From assembly GCA_963796965.1 (NCBI GenBank), contig CAWCNS010000011.1:1-64000 (forward strand): DNA of 64,000 bases, in the 5' to 3' direction. This DNA is from Calditrichia bacterium. Lineage in GTDB: Bacteria; Calditrichota; Calditrichia; JAJRVZ01. Under the pieces are notes generated by a model. It had not been told where the DNA came from and searched no databases. It was given only the letters and a program-made list of their open reading frames with translations. The translations under genes were made by a program, and so were the position numbers. Of this stretch, positions 56,539 to 64,000 are shown one piece after another. The stretch's first letter is position 1. Each line of letters starts with the position of its first letter.

Positions 56539-58674
56539 TTACAACATGATTTTTGTGTCGGCAATGAGACATCCCTTACCCATACCATGTACAATTAAAG
56601 GATTGATGTCGAGCTCCTTTATTTGTGGACAATCAATAGCCAATTGAGATATACGCTGCAAGCTCTTCCACGATAGAGGGGATATCATCTTCTTCCTTGC
56701 CACGATAACCCATTAGGAGAGCGGCTGCCTTTGTTTCTTCAATCATCTCCCTGGCAGAAATCCGATCAAGGGGAGCAATTCGAAAACTCACATCTTTAAA
56801 TAATTCGACAAAGATTCCACCTAGCCCAAACATCAGGACAGGGCCGAAAGAATCATCCCTTTTGACACCCAATATAATCTCTTCCCCGGAAGGGATCATC
56901 TGCCCGACCATTATACCCTGAATTTTTGCATCAGGCATAAGATTGGACACATTCTTGATAATTTCGCTATAAGCGTCCTTTACTTGTCCATCAGATGTCA
57001 AATTTAACAAGACACCTTTAACATCAAATTTATGAACAATGTCCTCGGAGACAACTTTCATCACCACAGGATAACCAATCTCCTTGGCGAGATTTAAAGC
57101 CTCTTCTTGTGATTGGGCCAAACCATTTGCAACGACTGGCAACCCATAAGCAGCAAGAACTTTTGAAGCTTCGATTTCCGGCAGATATTTCCGTTCCTCT
57201 TTCAACGCCTTGCTAAGGATGGCCTGTGCTTTTTCTTTATTAACATCATCAAAAATCTCAATCTTTTCTGATTTTTTTTCAAGTTGCATCTTAAAATTAA
57301 AAGCTGCTGCAAAGGCCATGCTCATGGATTCGGCCAGCTGATAATGAGGTATTTTATTTCTTTGTAAAATATCTATTCCTGAGGCCACATCTGCTTCACC
57401 CATAAAAGAAGTATAAAGTGGCTTTTTATAATGCGCACTAACTTTGCAAATCTCCCGGGCAATGGCATCGATATCTGTCATCGATTGAGGAGTTAAAATT
57501 ACAAATACACCATCAACATTACTATCAACCAGGGCCTTTGAAACGGCCACATTATAACGATCGACCCGTGCGTCACCAATGACATCTACCGGATTTTTAA
57601 TATTGGCTGTATTGGGTAAACTCTTTTTAAATGCTTTCGTTGTTTCTTCTGAGAATTTTGCCAATTTCAATCCACGGGTAATTGAAGCATCGGTGGTTAA
57701 AACACCCGGTCCACCAGCATTGGTAATAATGGCAACCCGGTTATTAACCGGCAATGGTTGATAAGCCATAGCGATTGCCTTATTAAACATCTCTTCAATA
57801 TCTGTGCAGCGGATGATCCCTGCCTGACTAACGCCGCGGCTGTTATCTCATCACGGCCGGCTAATGATCCGGTATGGGATGCCGCTGCCTGAAGCTCCTT
57901 CTGATGTACGGCCGGATTTAATTGCTAATATCGGTTTTCCCGTTGTTAGATATTACTTCTTTAGCAACTCTCATTAATCCTGGACCATCAGATAATTTCT
58001 TCAAGATAAACAAGAATCACTTTTGTTTTAGGATCATTACCCAGGTAATAGAGTAAATCAATCTCACTGATATCAGCTTTGTTTCCAAAACTGATAAATT
58101 TAGAGAACCCGATATGTTTTGCCTGGGCATAATCCAAAACGGCCGTGCACAAAGCCCCGCTCTGTGAGATAAAACCAATACTACCTTCCTCTGGCATCTT
58201 ACGCGCGAAGGAGGCATTAAGTAAAACAGCGGGATCCGTATTAATCACTCCCAGACAATTTGGGCCAATAAAAGACATGTCATACTTTTTGGCTATTTCT
58301 TTAATTGTTTCTTCTCTCTCAACGCCTGTTCCACCCACTTCCCGAAAACCAGCGGAGATGATAATCACGGACTTGATACCTTTTTGGCCACATTGATCTA
58401 ACGCCATATGACATACGGAACTGGGAAATACCAGAACGGCAAGATCGATTGGATCTTCGATATCTACTATATATTTAAATGCCTTCAACCCGGAAATGAA
58501 TTTTTCTCTGGGAGAAACAGGATAGATAACACCTTGAAAATCCGACTTGAGCATATTTTGGACGATATCATTTGGGACTGTGCCCGGAACTTTATTTGCG
58601 CCAAGAATAGCTACAGATTGCGGATTGAATATTTTTTTTAGATTTTTCTGAGATAAACTCAGTTCATCTGACAT
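56539..58674 (-). CDS. ADP-forming acetate/acyl-CoA ligase family (fused alpha-beta), several frameshifts
   Basis: IISAGFRE, GPNCLG, SQSGAL, ASHTGSLA, TNAGGPGV, NPVDVIGDA, ATP-grasp HKFDVKGV, ELDINPL. Confidence 0.9.
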
Positions 58675-58716
58675 ATGTCCTCCGTTTCTGACGACTCTTT
58701 CAGTATAGGACTTTCA

Positions 58717-58956
58717 CTATATATGATTTTTTATAAATGATACAGCATCTGAGACACTTTGAACGTCCAGCGCTTTGTCTTCATCCATCTCAATCTCAAA
58801 TTCTTCCTCAAATGCAGCGACCAATTCCAAACTTTGCATCGAATCTGCACCAAGGTCAAAAATAAAATTCGCATCGTCAGATATTTCCGATTCATTCACT
58901 TTTAAAACGCGGGAGATAACCTTTTTTACGCGTTCTTGTACTTCATTGTTATTCAT
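58717..58956 (-). CDS. acpP: Acyl carrier protein
   Basis: DLGADSMQSLELVAAFEEEFEIE. Confidence 0.9.
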   Translation of the reverse strand: MNNNEVQERVKKVISRVLKVNESEISDDANFIFDLGADSMQSLELVAAFEEEFEIEMDEDKALDVQSVSDAVSFIKNHI

Positions 58957-59051
58957 TTAAACTCCTTCCCTGTTATTTTATTTTCACTATGATAATTATA
59001 ATTGATTTTTCAATAAAATGTCAATCCATGGGGTATTTGAAATGAGATAAT

Positions 59052-60170
59052 TCATTTCTTTGAACTTTGCCGAAACAGAAAAACACTAAGAACCAACAAT
59101 AATCCGACAATGCCTATCAATTGAGCCAACCGCCAAAAAAAATGATCGATAAGATCATATCCTCGTCTATTTATTTTTTCAAGGATTTCGTCTGAGAGTT
59201 TTTCACTTATAGCAATAATATCATTTATTGTTTTAATCCGCTGGCGATCGATCTCATTAAGGACAGCAATACGTTCGGAGGTTATCGCTAAGAGGATTAT
59301 CTCTCTTTCTCTTCGTAATTTATTTAATGTGGAGATTTGTAAGTCTGTCACCAATTCGGGAGTTTCCTGAACAATCCTGGTGATGTCGTCAATCGAATTC
59401 GTTATTCTTGTCAGATTATTGAAGGTCGCTTGAATATTTTTGTCATCTAATTTCTGATTGATTAGATATTCAGCCTGCCAGCGCGCCTGTCGCGGGAGTA
59501 GATCGGTATAAATACTCATACGCTCTCTTATATCAAATATTCCGGCAGCGATATTTCCTACGGTTTCCTGGAGAGTAACTTCATCAATCTGATACATTGT
59601 CATCAATGTATCACCTACTGATTTTCTTGTAAAACTGAGATCATCGATGGGGTTTCTTCAGGCCCACTGATAAATAGGTTATTTCCTCATTAACTTGTCT
59701 TCCAATGTTACCACCACCCTATTCCATATGATTTTTAATTCCTTCATTATTATTTTTGAGGCATCCCGGGCAATATAAGTATATTCACCAAAGACATCTT
59801 TTCCATTTCCCTTGTCAAAAAACTGATCCATCTGAATGCAAAAAGTGGCGATATCAATTAAAGCGGCCATGGGATCATTCAAGAAAAATGCATAGTGTGA
59901 AGCCGGGATACTGTTAATTTTCCATCGCAAGGCATTCATTTTGATCTGGGGATCATCACTCTTTGTTATAATTTCATCTGCTGCCCTTTCCACTATTTTA
60001 GCAAAGTAGACAGTAAAATTAGTCAACCGATTACGCAATTCCATTCGAGATATATTTTCCACTTCTTGTTGTTTCATTAATGGGCTCTGGCTTGATATGG
60101 ACCCACACCCAATCATGTGCAAAGCTGTGATAGCCATGAATAAAATAAGTGTCCCGTACGTCTTTTTCAT
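59052..60170 (-). CDS. Hypothetical lipoprotein with C-terminal TM helix, frameshifted
   Basis: Lipobox MIGC; AADEII...ALRWKI...DPMAALID; LPRQARWQAE. Confidence 0.7.
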
Positions 60171-60311
60171 CTTATTTTCTCTTCAATTATATCAGATTAA
60201 AATTTATATAACTTCTGCTCAAAATGTAAGCACCTTATCAAATTTATGTCCTATATTTTCATTTTCACCCAGTATGATATCTTTAATTCCTTGACCTCAT
60301 TTTCCAAATTT

Positions 60312-60392
60312 CAAATTCTTTTTGAGAGTTGGTTTAAAAAAAGAATTATAACGCCAACTACCATGATCAGAAATATTAACCATGTTTCCATG
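60312..60392 (-). CDS. Small membrane peptide (may be longer if frameshifted)
   Basis: GGAGG RBS then METWLIFLIMVVGVIILFLNQLSKRI*. Confidence 0.4.
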
Positions 60393-60618
60393 AGTTCCTC
60401 CAAAATAACCGTATTTACATAAATACCATTAATTGAGATACTTATAAACAATGGCGAGGTATAGTATATTAAGAATTATCATATAGCTTTAATTGAGTTA
60501 AAATACTCTCTAAGAATTGGAGATTTAAATTATAAGTACCAAAATATAAACAAAAAAAGGAAATCTTTCCTATAACTATTTATGAGAATAATCAGAAGGG
60601 TTTATCGGCTGGGGCGAT

Positions 60619-61806
60619 TTATTTACCCTTGTAGTTTAAAGCAAATAGGGTCAGATCATCATCCTGTATTGAATCGGCACAAGCACAATCTCTGATTTCT
60701 TCGAAGAGGGTAAAGATAGTCTTTTGGAGGTTTTGTGATTTTTTATTTAATAATACCTTTTTTATAATTTCCTCAAACGGAAAGATATCACTATCATTCA
60801 TCATTGATATAAAGCCATCGGTATAAAGAAGAATTACATCTCCTACTGACATATATAAACTTTGGGAGATAAATTCAGCATCTTCTATTACACCGAGCAC
60901 CATACTGCCTGGTTCATTCAGATGTTTTATCTCATTTTGTGAACTTTTATAATAGGGAAAGGTATGCCCGCCATTACTATAAGTAACTTTTCCGGTTCCT
61001 AAATCAAGTATACCATAAAATACAGCAATAAATAAGGATGGATCGCTCTCCCGAACCAATACTTTATTTACTTCCTGCAGGCAGAGATCAGGAGGATAAC
61101 CCTGAAAGGCAAAAGATCTTACCAAGGTTCGACTTGTTGCCATAAAAAGCGCTGCTGGTAATCCTTTTGATGCCACGTCACCAATAACAAATCCCATTCT
61201 GTTTTTATCCAGAAAGAAATAGTCATAAAAATCACCACCTACCTGATGCGCAGATTCCGAATGTCCGCCAATATCCAGGCGGTCATCATTGTTAACATTT
61301 GAATCCCGGTTTGATATTACAGTGGTTTGAATCTGTCTGGCAATATCTAATTCCTGTTCTAAGGCCAGCAATTTTCTTTGACTGGAATCAGCTTCTCTCA
61401 GGGCCAGGGTCTCTTCCAAAACATTGTTCAAAGTTTTTTCAAAATCAGGCAAGTCTAAGGGTAATAATAAGAAATCAAAAGCTCCCCGGTTGAGTGCAGC
61501 ACGGATAGTATTATAATCATCTCTATGAGAGAGTAACACGGTGTTTATCCTTGGGTGATTTTCTTCGAGATGTCGTAATAGAGCAAGACCATTCATTTCC
61601 GGAAGATTTAATTCTGTGTAGACAATATCAAAAGATATATTGTGTTTCAGAGCGGATATGGCGCCGCTTCCACTCTTTACAAAACTGACGTGAAATTGAT
61701 GTGATTTGTGAATTGAAAGTATCGTGCGGCGAACCTGGTCTTCCAGCACTTTATCATTTACAACAAATAAAATATTTATGGGACGGCTTGATTTCATATC
61801 ATTCAT
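60619..61806 (-). CDS. Atypical receiver domain + SpoIIE/PP2C phosphatase (RsbU/RsbP-like)
   Basis: ELDIARQIQ, VGGDFYD, IGDVASKG, LYTDG, DDLT; degenerate REC N-terminus. Confidence 0.9.
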   Translation of the reverse strand: MNDMKSSRPINILFVVNDKVLEDQVRRTILSIHKSHQFHVSFVKSGSGAISALKHNISFDIVYTELNLPEMNGLALLRHLEENHPRINTVLLSHRDDYNTIRAALNRGAFDFLLLPLDLPDFEKTLNNVLEETLALREADSSQRKLLALEQELDIARQIQTTVISNRDSNVNNDDRLDIGGHSESAHQVGGDFYDYFFLDKNRMGFVIGDVASKGLPAALFMATSRTLVRSFAFQGYPPDLCLQEVNKVLVRESDPSLFIAVFYGILDLGTGKVTYSNGGHTFPYYKSSQNEIKHLNEPGSMVLGVIEDAEFISQSLYMSVGDVILLYTDGFISMMNDSDIFPFEEIIKKVLLNKKSQNLQKTIFTLFEEIRDCACADSIQDDDLTLFALNYKGK

Positions 61807-61822
61807 TGAGCAAAATATCGAA

Positions 61823-62719
61823 TCACGCAGTCTTCTGTTGATTCAACCCGAAAGAGCGGACGGCTTCAAGAATTTCTTCCTTTTTCTTTTCGACGGCTTG
61901 TTTCCCGGCGTCCAGAATTTTGGGAACCGCATCAATATCCCACATTTTGATTGTTTTCTCAAAGGGTACCTTAATGGTTATAATTTCGTAATCATGAAGA
62001 TCTATGGAAAGTGCCATTTGATATTTTGTAACTGCTGTGGATTGAATTTTGTAGATATTATTAAAACATGAGAAAAAGCCTCTCGGGCTAGGATGGATCG
62101 GATCCTCAAAGATCACAGCAATAATAATATCCATCTGTCTTTTTACAGCTTCCATAACTGGTAATGAAGAGGTATAAAAACCATCCGTATACCAACGCCC
62201 ATCAATATTGATGGGGGGTAAAATAGGAAAAATTGCCCCGGAGGCATAGATGGCATCGGCTAATAGTCCTTTCTCAAGCACCGTCCCCTGACCTGTTTCC
62301 AGATCTGTAACCTGCAAAAGGGTTTTTGGGTTTAAATCTTCAAGTCTTTTATCGCCAAAAACATCTTTATACATTGCTCTAATTCTATCTGGTTTCAAAA
62401 AACCGGATGTTTTGCTGAACCGACCAAAAGGCAAGTTATACATACCGAGCAAAGCACGAAGATCTTTTTTGACAAATAAATCTTTATTTAGAAACTTTTT
62501 AGCGTTGGATCTTATTTCTTCAACACTCATCCCGGCCCCCACCGCAGCAGCAAGAATCGATCCACCGCTACATCCGATAAGCAGATCGATCGGAATCTTT
62601 TGCTCATTTAAAAACTCAAATACGGCTAATGAAGAAAATGCTTTTATACTACCGCTTGCAAGAACCACACCAACCTTGGGCCCATTTTCATTAGTATTTA
62701 TGTCGCTTTTATTCACCAT
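61823..62719 (-). CDS. Patatin-like phospholipase
   Basis: GCSGG nucleophile elbow, ASGAIFPILPP, YTDG. Confidence 0.85.
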   Translation of the reverse strand: MVNKSDINTNENGPKVGVVLASGSIKAFSSLAVFEFLNEQKIPIDLLIGCSGGSILAAAVGAGMSVEEIRSNAKKFLNKDLFVKKDLRALLGMYNLPFGRFSKTSGFLKPDRIRAMYKDVFGDKRLEDLNPKTLLQVTDLETGQGTVLEKGLLADAIYASGAIFPILPPINIDGRWYTDGFYTSSLPVMEAVKRQMDIIIAVIFEDPIHPSPRGFFSCFNNIYKIQSTAVTKYQMALSIDLHDYEIITIKVPFEKTIKMWDIDAVPKILDAGKQAVEKKKEEILEAVRSFGLNQQKTA

Positions 62720-63003
62720 TTCCTCAGCCTTTCGTGCCTATAGTAACATTATTTTAAAAAAAGAGTACCCTATTGTAATCAGAGATATAAGCCTCAGACT
62801 ACATAAGTCTTAATATGGAATTATTTCATAAATTCGCCCAAATACTTTCTCAATTCAGCAAAATTAAACTGTCATTCCGTCCCGGAACGGAATCCCGTCT
62901 CGGGAAAGGAATCTTTCAACATATCCGGATGACATCAACACAAAGGAAGATCCCTTCAGGATGACAAAGTAGATGGTCTATCAATCCATAGCCAGGTGCT
63001 TCT

Positions 63004-63342
63004 TTAATGATTGATCACAGCCAACGCATCTTCCCGATTATTGTATACCTGGAACAAATCAAGAAACCCGGAGATATCGAACACCTCCTGAATCTGAGGC
63101 TGCAATCCCAATAGAACAAACTGACCATTTTTTCTTTTCAAAGTCTTCAAAGCAACCAGAAAGACACGCAACGCAGAACTACTCACATAGTCCAACCCCG
63201 TACAATCACCTATTAAATCCGTCTTACCACTCTCTATAATTTTTATTAATTCAGATTCAAAATCCCGGGAAGTTAGCGTGTCGATCCTTCCATTAATATT
63301 AAGAATTAATTTGTTCCCTATTTGTTCTGTTATGATTTCCAT
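63004..63342 (-). CDS. STAS-domain anti-sigma factor antagonist (RsbV-like)
   Basis: GRIDT, LDYVSSSALRVFL, VFDISGF. Confidence 0.9.
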   Translation of the reverse strand: MEIITEQIGNKLILNINGRIDTLTSRDFESELIKIIESGKTDLIGDCTGLDYVSSSALRVFLVALKTLKRKNGQFVLLGLQPQIQEVFDISGFLDLFQVYNNREDALAVINH

Positions 63343-63382
63343 TAAAACCCCACATTCCGATATTTACCAGTTTGTCACACAA

Positions 63383-63814
63383 TTATTTTATTCTATGCCT
63401 CTGCAATTGCAGTATATTTATGTTATTTTGCCTATGATAGCTAATCGAATCCATCAACTTGAAGATTAGATGTAATCCGATTCCGCCCACATCTCTGTTC
63501 TCCAAAGGTTGATTAAGATCAGGTAACTCAAATTCCCTCGGATCAAAATATTTTCCTTCATCAGAAACTGTTATAAAAAATTCTTTTGTATTAACCTTTA
63601 TCGTTATCCTTATTTTACTAATATCACCATGCTCATATCCATGGTTGATAAGATTAGTGAACCACTCTTCAAGCACAAGGTTTATATCATGAAGATCTAA
63701 CTTATTCAATCCGAGTCGAGTAAAATATTCATCCAGATTTGCCGAGAGATTTTTTAACTCCTTGAGATTATTTTTCAAAACAAACTCAATTATATTAACG
63801 CCCGGATTTTTCAA
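63383..63814 (-). CDS. Anti-sigma factor serine kinase (RsbW-like HATPase_c)
   Basis: LVLEEWFTNLINHGY, SDEGKYFDP, GGIGLHLI. Confidence 0.9.
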   Translation of the reverse strand: MKNPGVNIIEFVLKNNLKELKNLSANLDEYFTRLGLNKLDLHDINLVLEEWFTNLINHGYEHGDISKIRITIKVNTKEFFITVSDEGKYFDPREFELPDLNQPLENRDVGGIGLHLIFKLMDSISYHRQNNINILQLQRHRIK

Positions 63815-63825
63815 GATTATTGTCC

Positions 63826-64000
63826 TTATAACGTAATGGCCATCGCTGTAATATCATCAGACTGATTTGTGCCCAATGTAAATGATTTGATATTTTTTAG
63901 GACACCCTGAATCATTTCTTCTGCTGACTTTCCTTTAAAAGCTTGCAATGATTCTATCAGACGATCGCGACCATATAATTTTTTTGCCGGGTTCTCGGCC
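63826..64000 (-). CDS. SpoIIE/PP2C phosphatase, C-terminal part (runs off the window)
   Basis: AENPAKKLYGRDRL...IKSFT...QSDDITAMAI. Confidence 0.8.
   Translation of the reverse strand, partial: AENPAKKLYGRDRLIESLQAFKGKSAEEMIQGVLKNIKSFTLGTNQSDDITAMAITL

Noticed and set aside
85..60170. Mass pseudogenisation or programmed frameshifting in about twenty genes
   Set aside because: Breaks are 1-2 bp indels scattered over unrelated genes whose motifs are intact, which fits uncorrected long-read error; needs read-level polishing to confirm.

Overview
Bacterial genomic window, mostly AT-rich, with genes mainly on the minus strand. The many outer-membrane barrels, lipoproteins and Tat substrates suggest a diderm of the FCB/Calditrichota type (inference only). 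About twenty genes are split by 1-2 bp indels, which looks like long-read assembly error, so I joined the fragments. Main content: (1) two parallel modules, each with a sigma54 enhancer-binding protein, a palindromic UAS, a -24/-12 promoter, an ABM-fold gene and a long operon of exported proteins. One carries a Tat-exported DszB-like protein, a split-Soret-type cytochrome c and a rhodanese. The other carries two sulfatases, a HAD hydrolase and porins. (2) Sugar oxidoreductase/GH109 genes, a MacA/MacB-type cluster, a PPIase-HupE/UreJ-ABC operon, nagB, an ADP-forming acyl-CoA ligase, acpP and an Rsb-type partner-switching locus. (3) An IS1182-family element with TIRs and a 4-bp target duplication. 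(4) A dense set of intergenic repeat families. The most striking are two four-helix-bundle (IVS/Avd-like) genes, each bracketed by inverted 7-bp repeat arrays, with gene-less copies elsewhere, and a DUF559 nuclease gene inside an array of ~170-bp REPIN-like units. No rRNA, tRNA or CRISPR array was seen.
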